A stretch of 64,000 nucleotides of DNA from Lingula anatina (lineage: Eukaryota > Animalia > Brachiopoda): contig CM120642.1 in NCBI GenBank assembly GCA_051362555.1, positions 21,762,001 to 21,826,000 on the forward strand, in the 5' to 3' direction. Position 1 is the first letter of the stretch; each line of letters starts with the position of its first letter. The notes beneath the pieces are model-generated. The model was not told the origin of the DNA. It ran no database searches and was given only the letters and a program-made list of their open reading frames with translations. This document shows positions 37,406 through 51,800 of the stretch, in pieces. The position numbers and the translations under genes were made by a program.

Positions 37406-40400
37406 TTTTATGTACAGACACAGATGTGTCTGTACATATAGCCATCATCTGCGTCTGTCGTCGCCGTCGCCGTCGTCGCTGTCGTCGCCGTCGCCGTCGC
37501 CGTGCACTTTTACCGATAACACGATAAGTGGAAAACCATTTTACCTTTTGACTTGAAACTTGCAGAACTGATGAATATTCATAATACGCAGGTCAAGTTC
37601 GAAAATCAGCATGATCGGGTCACTTTTAGGGAATTTATGCTGTTTTTTCACTTTTTTCAGCATATATGCAGCACCGATAACACGATAAGTGGAAAACCAT
37701 TTTACCTTTTGACTTGAAACTTACAGAACTGATGAATATTCATAATACGCAGGTCAAGTTCGAAAATCAGCATTATCGGGTCACTTTTAGGGAATTTATG
37801 CTGTTTTTTCACTTTTTTCAGCATGTATGCAGCACCGATAACACGATAAGTGGAAAACAATTTTACCTTTTGACTTGAAACTTACAGAACTGATGAATAT
37901 TCATAATACGCAGGTCAAGTTCGAAAATCAGCATGATCGGGTCACTTTTAGGGAATTTATGCTGTTTTTATGTACAGACACAGATGTGTCTGTACATATA
38001 GCCGTCATCTGCGTCTGTCGTCGCCGTCGTCGCCGTCGCCGTCGTCGCCGTGCACTTTTACCGATAACACGATAAATGGAAAACTGTTTTTTCTTTTGGT
38101 ATGAAACTTACAGAACTGATGAATATTCATAATACGCAGGTCAAGTTCGAAAATCAGCATGATCGGGTCACTTTTAGGGAATTTATGCTGTTTTTTCACT
38201 TTTTTCAGCATATATGCAGCACCGATAACACGATAAGTGAAAAACCATTTTACCTTTTGGCTTGAAAGTTACAGAACTGATGAATATTTATAATACGCAG
38301 GTCAAGTTCGAAAATCAGCATGATCGGGTCATTTTTAGGGAATTTATGCTGTTTTTTCACTTTTTTCAGCATGTATGCAGCACTGATAACACGATAAGTG
38401 AAAAACCATTTTACCTTTTGGCTTGAAAGTTACAGAACTGATGAATATTCATAATACACAGGTCAAGTTCGAAAATCAGCATGATTGGGTCATTTTTTGG
38501 GAATTTATGCTGTTTTTTCACTTTTTTCAGCATATATGCAGCACCGATAACACCATAAGTGGAAAACCAATTTACCTTTTGGCTTGAAACTTGCAGAACT
38601 GATAAATATTCATAATACGCAAGTCAAGTTCGAAAATCAGCATGATTCGATTATTGTTAGGGAATTTATGCTGTTTTTTCACTTTTTTCAGCATATATGC
38701 AGCACTGATAACACAATAAGTGGAAAACTGTTTTTTCATTTGGCTTGAAACTTACAGAACTAATGAATATTCATAATATGCAGGTCAAGTTTGAAAATCA
38801 GCAAGATCGGGCAATTTTTATGGAAGTTATCCTGTTTTTTTTTTTTTTTTTTCAATTTTTTCAGCACTTTTATAACACCGATAACATGATAAGTGTAAAA
38901 ATGTTTTTCCTTTTGGATTGAAATTTACAGAACTGGTGAATATTTATAATACGCAGGTCAACTTTGAAAATTGGCATGATTGGACTATTTTTTACAAAAG
39001 TAATGCTGTTTTTTCCCTTTATTCAGCATACATGCAACACTGATAACGCATTTTAAGGAAAACCAATCAGCCTTTTGTCTTGCAACTCACAGGAGTGATC
39101 AATCTGACCAGTATACAGATCAAGTTTGAAAATAAGCTTGATCAGTTAAGTTTTGATGAAGTTATTAGCCTTTTTGTATATAAGTGGTTTTTCTTCAGAT
39201 TTAATTCTTAAGCATGTTAACAGTCTCATTACAGAACTAATTGGATATGTAAAAGTGTTGTTTTAACATTTTCTGCTTCTTAACAATATTGTTAGTTGAT
39301 TATATAAAAATGACGGTAAACCTATTATCGTGCATTGTGTAATAAAGTATCAAAAATGGAAAGGAACTCATCATTGCAGTTCGTCAGATTCAATCATTCA
39401 CTATGTTCAGAATCTCCAAATGTAGCTAATTGGACATTATAAATTGTTCTATTGATACTTTTCCTATGTCAACAATTTTCCTAGTTGATCATTTAAAAAT
39501 GACAGTTAATTGATTATGGTTTTATGTAAAAAAGGTGTTGAAAATGGAAAGAAAATCATTTCAGTACAGTTATCTCTTGTTAACATTTTGGCATTTTGAA
39601 AGTGTGACCCTAACTTCCATGTCCTTGGAGACCTTTCCATATCACATTTTCTGAATATCCATAATACTTTCATTTTTTTATAAAAAAATTGATGGTCATT
39701 ATGTTGCTAAGTATTATGTTATATTGCATGAAAGTTAAAGATTACCCTATTTTGGACACTGCTGCCAGGATAGCGATTAAGGGAAAACCATGTTACTTAT
39801 GATAATCAACCTTACTGAAAATACTGAAGTGCAGCTTGTGTTGGAAAACCATCGTAATTGTTTTCTGTTTTGAAAGCAATGCAGTACAGTGCTATTTGGT
39901 GCAATAAATGTATATGGATAGTAGGCAGTTAATTCAGGGTTATAAAATAATTTGCTTAATTGATTTTCAAGTTATTTCAGGGTTATAAAACAATTTGCTT
40001 AATTAATTTTCAAGTGGGCATTAAATGAGATTACATAAACACACATTGAGATTTCATTGTAAAGTCCCATCGGTTTAGCTTTCTTAACTGTGTCACATAA
40101 TTAGGAATCGATGATTATTATGCAGGTAAATGTTATTTAATATGGAAAATAAGTTTACAAAAAAAAAATTTGTGTAACGCTTACATTAATGCTAAAGATG
40201 AGTAACAGTGCCTTATTATTCTCAAACTCAATAGGGTTATTCATATCATGTTAGTAATTGTACAGCTAGATTAAAAGTTTGAATAGCAGCTTTGTTGGTA
40301 TTTTTTGTTATGTTTTATTTTACATTTTCTTTTAATTTTTTATGCTGTTTTTTCACTTTTTTCAACATATATGCAACATTTATAACACAATATAAGAAAA

Positions 40401-41667
40401 ACAGCTTAGCCAATTGTCATTATACTCACAGGAGTGGTCAATCTTACAAAAATTCAGGTTGAGTTCGAAAATCAGCGTTATCGGGCCATTATTTTAGAAG
40501 TTGTACTGTTTTTTCAAATTTCCTCAGATTCAATTCTTAGGCATGTTAACAGTCTCATTATTGAACTAATAAGATACGTAAAAGTGTTTGTTTGATATTT
40601 CCTGCATCTTTACAACATTGTTAGTTGATTATGTAAAAATGATGGTAAACTTGTTATCATGTATTGTGTAATCAAGTGTCCAAAACGGAAATAAACATCA
40701 TTGCAGTTTGTCAGATTCAATCATCCACATCTGCCATGATGACCATGATGGGAAAACCGTGTAACTTATGATTGTCAAACTTTCAAAAAAGAAACACGGG
40801 ACTAAAATGCAGCCCGAGTTGGAAAAGCAGTCTAATGGGCTTCTTTTTCTGGAAGTTATACATTTTAGTGAAATATTCATTATCTTTTTGGCATATTCAT
40901 TGTGGGACTCGGAGCTCCCATGGACATGAAGCCGGATGGTAATCAAATTTTCTACATGTTCATGCTATTTATAGTCAATAATCAAAAATTGGTGATAATT
41001 ATTCTATAATTTATTATGTAATGTTACATCAAAATTGACAATAATCTTTTTGCACTGCTACTGCAAACATTATGAAAAGAAAACTGTGTTATTTATTATT
41101 ATATTTAACTTAAGAGTATGATTTTTAGGATTGGCATGCAGTTCAAATTAGAAAGCCGGGTCAATTGGGTTATCATTTATTATTGAATTTAATGCAATTT
41201 TGTGTGAAATTTCATTTTTCTCATTCTGGCACTTTCTAAGTATAAACTTGAACTCTGATGGGCCTGAAGCCTTATGCTTTTACTTTCGTCGGTGTTACCT
41301 GTTGTGCAAAATTAAAATTTGATGTTGACTGTGCAGTTAAACATAATGTATTATTGCATCAGAAGTGGTAGTCTCCTATTTTGTGCATTATTGTTTTGTG
41401 CTCTTCTTAAGTTGTGACTTATGGGCCTGAAAGACCTTTGAGAGGGTCAGTCTATAAATTTCCCTTGGGTATCACTTCGCTAATTTCAGTTATAAAGTAA
41501 TTTGCCTAATTGATAGGCTACATAATGCACACTTGTGATTTGAGATTACATAAAGCACACTTGTTGATATTTCCCTGTAAACTCCCATAGGTTAAGCTCT
41601 CTGCTAGATTAATAATAAGGAAGCAGTGATAATTATGCAGGTAAATTTTGTTTAATATTGCAAATAA

Positions 41668-41710
<43 letters not shown>

Positions 41711-42513
41711 AACTGAAAGATTTAAAGTTTGAATAGCAGCTTCATTGGAATTATATTTACCTCTGCCAAGGAGGTTATATTTTCACCCCTGTTAGTCATC
41801 AACATAACTCAAAAAGTTATGGACCGATTTTGCTGAAATTTTCAGGAACTGTCAGAAGTGGGCCAAAGAGGACAAAAATCAATAATAATCAACAATTGCT
41901 ACCTTGGCAGAGGTCTGCACTCTCGGAGTGCTTTTCTAGTTTTGTTATGTTTTCCTTTATAATTTTTTTCTCAAACACTTGCATTTGTGACTTTTAACTC
42001 TCATCCGCCTGAGACTCTGACATTTCTGTATTTCCACATAAGCAGTTGTATTGTTTTTTCATGTCTTTAAACATTATGTTACTTATGTAATAATATTTTA
42101 TGCACTGTCATCATTTTTCAAATATTGAGACTTTCATCATGTGAATTTGAACTCTCATGGTCCTGAAACTGTAATCTTATTGAAAGGGTAGATTGAGACC
42201 ATCTTCTGGGACTTCCGGAAGACAGTCAGGTTATTAAGTTTATATTGCCTGGTATCTATTTTTTCTTTTGCTGGAAGACCATCAAAATGGAGGATGGATC
42301 AAAATAGATACTTTGGAATACTGTCAGAGAATATCTCTGGGTCCGCTCATGTTATTGACCATTTTACCTGTTGTGCATAATTAAAATTCAGTGTTGACTG
42401 ATAGTGCTATTATAAGCATTATTTATTATTGCATCAAAATTGACAAAATGACCTTTTTTGCATTTTTATTTTCTGTTTTTTGTCTGTACATTTGACAGCT
42501 TTGCTGCCTTGTT
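37406..42513 (+). mobile_element. Large HINE/Helentron-derived element with 161-bp internal tandem repeats
   Basis: Head palindrome TGTACAGACACagatGTGTCTGTACA followed by (CGT/CGC)n at 37410 and again at 37970; ~10 core repeats of 161 bp (37512-39200); 3' subTIR TGTCTGTACAT and hairpin gacagc-ttt-gctgcc at 42481-42513. Confidence 0.8.
41756..41940 (+). mobile_element. Short HINE (family of 32498-32746) nested in the large HINE
   Basis: tttACCTCTGCCAAGGAGGTT ... TTGGCAGAGGT gcactctcggagtgc ttttCTAGT. Confidence 0.82.
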
Positions 42514-42606
42514 TTCATTTGTGGGGTTGCAAATTGTGTTCTCACTTTTGTATCTCTTTATATTCTGATTGTACATTCTGCATTGTCAATATATGTGTCT
42601 GCTTAA

Positions 42607-44105
42607 CATAATAATAATAATAATAATAAATTGATTATTAAAATGTGTACAGTTACATTTTACAAGCTCTCTTAACTACAGTTTTACATAAATTTTGCAC
42701 ATAAGCTTAAATAAGTATAACTACTTTAGATCATTCTAATACCAAAATACATATAAGCTAACTACTTCAGACATACAGCTCGCAATAGTAAGACACAATC
42801 TTATAATACTGGATATAGTATTATGTACAATATACATTTGGTACTAAGGCATATCTGACTGTATAAAACTTGGCCACTGCTGATGCACTTGCATGACACT
42901 GTGGATTGAGAATTTGTATTTTGCTATCATCATCAGTGCCTGATAGACCAGAGAATTGTGACAGGGAATCAAACATTTTTTTTACGCTCACATGGATGCT
43001 GAGTGCAGATCAGGAGAAAGTGCTTTTCGTCTTCAGTTACATTTTTGCAGTGTGGACAAAATCTTTCTTCCATTGGTGTTTTAGGAGATGTATGTCTCCC
43101 CCTTTCAATTTGTAAATTGTGGTCACTAAGCCTGAGTTTTGATATTGCTATTTTGTAGTGGGCTGGAATGTCAAGTTGCATTTTTCGCCATGGTACAGTA
43201 AATTGAGAACCTATTAAAGCCCTTAAAATGGCTTTATAGGTTCTCAATTTACTGAATTTATCAGTATGTAATTCCTCCTAGAAGAGACATTCAACTTTCT
43301 TGGATATTTCTTGGTTCAAATCAGGATAGCTGTGAAATGTTTATGGCATGTTCCCGAAATGGCCTGAAACTAAGACCCCATTTCCAGAGATTAGATCGAT
43401 CTACTTTAGATCGATCTACTTTAGATCGACCTAACTCCCTGGGGGTTCACGCTAAATAGCTGTCAGCCGGGCGGACACGAAAGTTAATTACCCCCTTACA
43501 GCTTGTAGTAGGTGGGATGGACATTTAAGCTGGATTATCTGACAGTAATCTAGTGAGACTCCCCGCGGGGATAGATCGATCTAAAAGCTCTGGGAATACA
43601 GCCTAAGTTTCCAAGTTTCAAGCATTGTTTTCATGGCTGAGGTCCAGCTGGGTATTTTGTCATTTTTCTGTTGATTTTATATCTGTTCAACAATTCTTGT
43701 GTCTGGTAATTTGTCCAGTCTTTTTGCAAAATTTTGTGTTAGTTTAACAACATCACAGTATGTGGGGTATCTACCTAATTCTGCTCAACTTGCACCATTA
43801 TTTGTAGATCTTTTCACACCTAATTCCCATTTGCATGCTTTAAGATGAATTTGTTCAAATTGTAATTTATTGATAAAATTGAGGGACATTTTCTTTTGCT
43901 TAAATAGTTCCTCAGACCATACCTCACAACCATATGTTAGAATTGGCTTTATCATTTTATCAAAAAGCCTCATAGTCAATATGAGATTTGATATATTTTT
44001 GGATTTCAATGCTGCTTTGAGAGAAAATAAAGCTTTCAGGGCTTTTAATTTCAAATTATTCATGGCTTTTTTCAATGACCCTGTGCTCATAAATGTAAGA
44101 CAACC
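42607..44105 (-). mobile_element. RTEX-like LINE 3' fragment
   Basis: KALKALFSL...LFDKMIKPILTYGCEVW...ELGRYP...ISKLRLSDHNLQIERGRH...ERFCPHC...EDEKHFLLIC (C-terminal zinc finger); (ATT)n tail at ~42607-42630. Confidence 0.82.
43374..43603. mobile_element. PIF/Harbinger MITE inside the LINE, related to 19043-19283
   Basis: TAA TSD; tagatcgatcta subterminal repeats; shares a ttaattaccccct...acagctt core with 19043-19283. Confidence 0.75.
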
Positions 44106-45087
44106 TTGTATGACTATGGTTTCCGTGCCAGTATGTGTTTGCACATATTCTGATCACTGTGTACGGTCTTAGTTGTCACTGTCAACATCTGTGTTTATAT
44201 ATGTACACATACATATACAGTGACAATATAGACATACACAATGATCAGAGTATATGAAAACAAACAGTGACAATACACAAAAACGACAAAACAGATGTAC
44301 ACAGTGATCAAAATATATGTAAAAAAGTAAAGTACCAACACAACCATGCACAATAATCAGATTAAACACAAAGAAATATCTAGTGAAATCACAGTCATCA
44401 AAAGTTATATAACAAACACATTCAGATTGGAAGCAGCAAGTGGAATATAAACAGACATATAGTCTATGCTTACAGTAACCACACCAACATGCACAGTAAT
44501 CAGAATGATTACAAACAAATAGAATGAAAAAATTTAACATACACAGAGATCAGAATATATGCAAACACATACAGGGAAACCACATATATACAAAGAGTTC
44601 AGAAAATTAATATTAATCAGACACATATTGACAATACAGAATGTAAAATTTAATCAGAATATACCGGTATACAGACACATTGTTACAGAGACAATACAGA
44701 TTGTAGACAGTGATAATAATATATGCAGATATATATGCAATATGTGCAGATACCTTTATTAACAACACAAACATACACAGTGATTAAAGTAAATATTAAC
44801 ATGTACAGTGACAACAAACCCATGCACAGCAATCACAAATTAGTAGAGTAAAAACACCGTCATGCACAGTGATCAAAATACATATATGCAAACATATACA
44901 GTGATAATACACACATACACAGTGATTGGAATATATGGAAACACAGCAAGTGTAATATCACAAACATACACAGTGATCAAAATAGATATTTACATGTACT
45001 GTGACAATGCAGAATGGACACAAATATCAGAATATAAACAGACACATAGGTTTACAGTGACAACACCAACATGCACAGTAATCACAA

Positions 45088-45338
45088 CGGTTGACCTCTT
45101 TGCAACCCCACAATTTGAAATGTGTGCACTAGTTGTTTATTTTAAATGTAGATACTTCAGGGGCACATGTTTATATCATTTATCAACATTATTCAATGTT
45201 TATATTAATCTCCTTTATTTCTTTTTATTAATGGGACCTCCAATAATTGCAGCCATCATCGGCCAAATTTCAAACATCCCAAATTTCGACATATCATATT
45301 ACTTACATCACCTTAGATCAAGGAGACATAAATATATA
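45088..45338. mobile_element. Unclassified interspersed repeat, copy 1
   Basis: Homologous to 59919-60204; ends ttagatcaaggagacataaatatata. Confidence 0.7.
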
Positions 45339-45404
45339 GTGATATCACAGACATACATTGTGATCACAATATGTGCAAACACATACATTAACAACACAAA
45401 CATA

Positions 45405-45635
45405 GGGGAGACTGGGGCTAGTTGGCCTCGGGGTAATTAAGTTGGTCCCCCATCAATTTATGACAAAGTTACTATAGGATAAAAGAATTGACCACATCAT
45501 TTTGTAAAGTGACAGTATCCAATAGTGTTAAGAAAGCATCGGCAGTGAGTCCAAATGAAATAATTTAGCATCTTAAAGTAATTTTATTAAAAAGACATGA
45601 TGGGGGCCAACTTATACCGGGGGCCTGGTCTCCCC
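45405..45635. mobile_element. Internally deleted copy of the 2179-6972 TA-TSD family
   Basis: TA|GGGGAGACTGGGGCTAGTTGG...GGTCTCCCC|TA; interior aligns to 2179-2400; splits a satellite unit. Confidence 0.85.
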
Positions 45636-45734
45636 TACACAATGATGGAAATAAATATTAACCTGTACAGTGACAACACAAACGTTTGCAGTAATCGTAT
45701 TCACACAATTAAATAGAGTAAAAGCACAGACATG

Positions 45735-45809
45735 CCCTTACGAAAAAGTCCTATAGGATCCTATAAGATCCTATAGGATCCTGTAGGAAATTGGGCCAAA
45801 TTGTTAGGG
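45735..45809. mobile_element. 75-bp CACTA/EnSpm-like mini element
   Basis: CCCT...AGGG termini, 2-bp TSD TG, interior of palindromic cctataggat repeats. Confidence 0.6.
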
Positions 45810-48800
45810 TGAACATTGATCACATGTACAAACACATACAGTGAAGATTCAGAATGGGCACAGCAATCAAAATATATAAAGAAACATATGGACATAAACA
45901 CATACAAAGTAATCACAATATGTACAGACACATACAGCAACAACTTTAACATACACAATGATCAAAATTAATGCAAATACAAACAGCAAGAACACAAATA
46001 TACCTAGTAATAACAATGATTACAAACAAATAATGACAAAGACAAACACAGTGACAAGAATACATGCAAACACATAAAGTAACAATACAGAATAGACACA
46101 GCTAACAGAATACAAAGAGGCACAGAGACATACATTGACAACATCATTATGCAGAGTAATAGTAATGATTACAAACAAATAGAGTGACAAAACTGACATA
46201 CACAGTGCTCACAATGCATTGCTCACAATAAATGTAAACACAGACAGTGACAACACTAACAGGCACAGTAATCAAAATGAACACAAAAAAAAAAAAAAAA
46301 AAAAAAAAAAAACAGAGTGACAAACCTTACGATCGTAGTGCTCACAATAAATACAAACACCAACAGCCAACAGTAATGACACAAACATACACAGTGATCA
46401 CAATAAATACAAACATAAACAGTGACAACACAAACATGCAGATTGATAATAATAATAATTACAAACAAATAGGAAAAACAGACTTACACAATGATCAGAA
46501 TCATATGCAAACACAAACAGTAACAACACAAACATATACAGTGGTCAAAATAAATATTAACACAGTGACAACAGTAACGTGCATCATAATGACAATGAAT
46601 ACAAGGGAAAATAAGGAATACATAGCTGTACACAGTCATCACAATGTAAACAAACACATTTAGTCACAATATAGAATAGACACAGCAAACAGAATATAAA
46701 CAAACACAAACACAAAGACATGCATTGACAACATCATCATTGAACGCAACAGTAATGATTAAAAACAAATAGAGTGACAAAACCGACATACACAGCGCTA
46801 ACAATAAATACAAACATAAACAGTGACAATACAAACATGCATAGTAATAATAATGATTACAAAAAAAAAAAAAACAAACAAACAAAAAAAAACAAAACAA
46901 AAACAAACAGACTTACACAATGATCAGAATCATATGCAAACACAAACAGTAACAACACAAACATACACACTGATCAAATGAAATATTAAAATGTACATTG
47001 ACAACAGTAACATACACCATAATGACAATGAACACAAGGAAAAATAGTGAAAACATAGCTGTAAACAGTCATCACAATGTATACAAACACATTCAGTAAC
47101 AATACAGGAATAGAAACAGCAAACAGAATATAAAGAAACACATAGAAATACATTGACAATACCATCATTCAATGCAATAGTAATGATAACAAGCAAAAAC
47201 AGTGATAATACTTCTATACACATTGCTTGCAATAAAAACAAAGACAATGACCACACAAACTTGAACAGTTATGTACATAAATTCAAACAAACATAATCAC
47301 AATACAAAAATAATCAAAGATCAGAATGAATTGACACGTACAGTGACAACGCAACCGTGCACAGTAACCAGAATGAACACAAATTAATTGGTTGATTACA
47401 CAGTCATACACAGTGATCAGTGATGAAGTGAAAACACAGACATACACAGTGATCACAACATATATACAAACACATACAATGACAATACAGAATTAAAACA
47501 GCACTCGGAATATAAACAGACACATAAACTATGCTTATATCAACATCACCAACATGAACAGTTATTATAATGATTTAAAACATAAAGACAGAAAAAAACT
47601 GCCATAAACTTTGCTGACAATAAATATAAACACAAACAGTAACAACACAAACATATACAGTGATCACAATAAATAGAAAGACAAACAGTGTCAAAACAAA
47701 CATGCACAGCAATGATAATGATTACAAACAAGTAGAAGGACAAACAGACCTACACAGTGCTGAGAATTAAATGCAGACACAAACAGTAACAACACTTAAA
47801 TACACGGTAATCAAAATAAATATTAATATGTACATTGACAACAGCAACGTGCAGCATAATGACAATGAACACAAGGGAAAAGAGTGAAAACATAGCTGTA
47901 CACATTCATCACAATATATAAAAACATTCAGTAACAATATAGAATAGACACAGAAAACAGAATATAAACAGAAACATAGAAATACAGTGACAATACCATC
48001 ATTCAACACAATAGTTATAATGATAAACAAACAGAGTGAAAAAACTGACATACACATTGCCAAGAGTCATATAAAGACACAAACAGTAACAACACTAAAA
48101 TATCAAGGGCTCACAATAAATACAAACACCAACAGTGACAAAACAAACATGCACAGTAATGATAATGATTACAAACAAATAGAAGGACAAACAGATTTAC
48201 ACAGTGATAAGAATTATGTGCAGATACAAACAGTAATAACACAAACATAAATATTAACAGGAACAGTGATAACAGTAACATGCATAGTAATTACAATGAA
48301 CGCAAAGAAAAAAAGTGAAAACACAGTCGTACACAGCCATCACAATATATACAAACACATTTAGTAACAATATAAAATAGACACAGCAAACAGAATATAA
48401 ACAGACACATAAACACACATTGACAACACCATCATTCAACACAAAAGTAATGGTTACAAAGAAATAGAGTGAATAAACTGACATACACATTGCTCACAAT
48501 AAATACTAACACCAACAGTAATGACTCAAACATACATAGTGATCACAATAAAAACAAACACAAGCAATGTCAACATAAACATGCACAGTAATGATAATGA
48601 TTACAAATGAATAGAAAGACAAACAGACACTTACAGTGATCAGAATTATGTGCAGACACAAACAGTATCAACACAAACATACACAGTGATCAAAATAAAT
48701 ATTAAGCGGAAAAATAACGCGAACAGTAATGACAATAAACAGAAGGAAAAAGAGTGAAAACAGCCGTACACAGTCATCAAAATATATACAAACACATTTA

Positions 48801-51800
48801 CTCACAATATAAAATAGACACAGCAAACAGAATATAAACAGATACATTGGAATACATTGAAAACACTATCATACAACACAATAGTAATGATTACAGAGTG
48901 ACAAAACTGAAATACACAGTGCTCACAATAAATACAAACACCAATAGTAACATGGCAAACATATACAGTGATGACAATAAATACAACCAAAAACAGTAAC
49001 AACACAAACATGCATAGAAATGATAAAGATTACAAACAAATAGGACAAACAGACTTACACTGTGATCAGAATCATATGCAAACACAAACAGTAAATATAC
49101 AAACATCCACGGTGATCAAAATAAATATTTACATGTACAGTGAAGAAAGTAACCTGCACCATAATAACAATGAATACAAAGAAAAATAGTGAATACAGAG
49201 CAGTAAACAGTCATCACAATATATACAAACACATTCAGTAACAATACAGAATAGGCAAAGCAAACAGAATATAAACAGACACATAGACACATTGACAACA
49301 CCATCATTCAGCGAAATAATAATTATTATAAAAAAATAGAGTGACAAAACTAACATACACATTGCTTGCCATAAAAACAAACACAGACAGTGACCACACA
49401 AACATGAACAGTAATGTACCTAAATACAAACAAACATAATCACAATACATAAATACACAAAGATCAGAATGAATTGACATGTACAGTGATAACACAACGT
49501 GCACTGTAACCAGAATGAACACAAATTAATTGGTTGATTACACAGTGATCAGTGACTATGTGAAAACACAGACATACACAGTGATCACAATATATATACA
49601 AACACATATAATGACAATACAGAATGGAAACAGCAACCGGAATATAAACAGACACAAACTATGCTTACATCAACATCACCAACATGAACAGTTAAAATAA
49701 TGATTTAAAACATATAGACAGAAAAAACTGACATAAACATTGCTCACAATAAATATAAACACAAACAGTAACAACACAAACATATACAGTGATCACAATA
49801 AATAGAAAACATGCACAGCAATGATAATGATTACAAACAAGTAGAAGGACAAACAGACCTACACAGTGCTGAGAATTAAATGCAGACACAAACAGTAACA
49901 ACACTAACATTCACAGTGATCAAAATAAATATTAATATGTATATTGACAACAGTAACGTGCACCATAATGACAATGAACACAAGGGAAAAGAGTGAAAAT
50001 ATAGCAGTACACATTCATCACAATATATACAAACACATTCAGTAACAATATAGAATAGACAAAAAAAAAAAAAAAAAAAAAAAAAAAACAGAATATAAAC
50101 AGAAACATTAACATACATTGAAAACTCCATAATTCAGCGCAATAGTAATGATTACAAACAAACAGAGTGACAAAACTGACCTATAAAGTGCTCACAATAA
50201 ATACAAAAACGAACAGTAATGACACAAACATATACAGTGATCACAATAAATAGAAACACAAACAATGACAAAACAAACATGCACAGCAATGATAATGATT
50301 ACAAACAAATAGAAGGGCAAACAGAGTTACACAGTGATCAGAATTTTATGCAGCCACAAACAGTAACAACACAAACAAACACATTCAGTAACAATACAGA
50401 AAAGACACAGCAAACAGAATATAAACAGACACATAGACATAACATTGACAGCGTGATCATTCAGCACAGTAGTAATGAATATAAATAAATAAATTGACAA
50501 TACAAACATGCACAGTAATCAAAATAAATACAAACAAACACAGTCACAATACAGACATACAATGTGATCAGAATAAGTAAACATGTACAGTGACAACAGA
50601 ATCATGTAAAGTAACCAGAATAATCACAAATTAATCTAGTGATTACACAGTCATATACAGTGATCAATGATAGAGTGCAAAGAAACACATACAATGTGAT
50701 CACAATATATTTACAAACACAGACAATGACAAAACAGAATGGAAACAGCAATCAGGGAATAAACAGATACATAAACTATGCTTACAACAACAACAACACC
50801 AAGATGCACATTTATAATAATGATTAAAAACATATAGACTGATAAATCTGACATACACAGTGCTCACAATAAATCTAAACACAAAGAGTGACAACACTAA
50901 CATGCACAGTAATCAAATCAATTATGTTTAGACACAAACAGTAATGACACAATCATACACAGTGATCAAAATAAATATTAACATATGAAGTGACAAGAGT
51001 AACATGCACCGTAATAAGAATGAACACAAGGAAAAAGAGTGAAAACACAACCATACACAGTCATCATAATATATACAAACACATTCAGAAACAATAGTGA
51101 ATAGACACAGCAAACAATTAATATAAACAGACACATAGTCATACATTGAGAACACCATTATTCAGAGCAATATCAATGTTTACAAACAAATAGAGTGACA
51201 AAACTGACACACGCATTACTCACAATAAATTCAAACACCAACAGTAATGACACAAACATGAAAAATAATTTAAATAAATGCAAACTGACAAAGTCACAAA
51301 CACAGACATAAACAGGGATCAGAATAAATTTTGACATGTACAGTGACAACACAACCATGCACAGTAATCAGAATGAACACTAATTGATTAGGTAATAGCA
51401 CAGTCATACACAGTGATCAATGATGGAGTGAAAATACACACATACAATGTTATCATAATATATATACAAACACAGAAAATGACAAAACAGAATGGAAACA
51501 GCAATCAGGGTATAAACAGACACATAAGCTATGCTTACAGCAACAACACCAACATGCACATTTATAATAATAATTAAAAACATTATAGACTGAAAAAACT
51601 GTCATGTACTAGTGCTCACAATAAATATAAACATAAAGAGTGACAACACTAACATGCACAGTAATCAAATCAATAATGTGCAGACACAAACAGTAACGAC
51701 GCATATGTTGTCAATCATACACAATGATCAAAATAAATATTAACATATACAGTTATAACAGTAACATGCATCGTAATGAAAATGAACACAAGAAAAAAGA

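Noticed and set aside
37560-38700. Hammerhead ribozyme cores (CTGATGA...GAAA) in the 161-bp repeats, and CTGAAGA...GAAA on the minus strand near 7190
   Set aside because: Stem II does not close onto GAAA, and stems I and III with a cleavage triplet cannot be formed.
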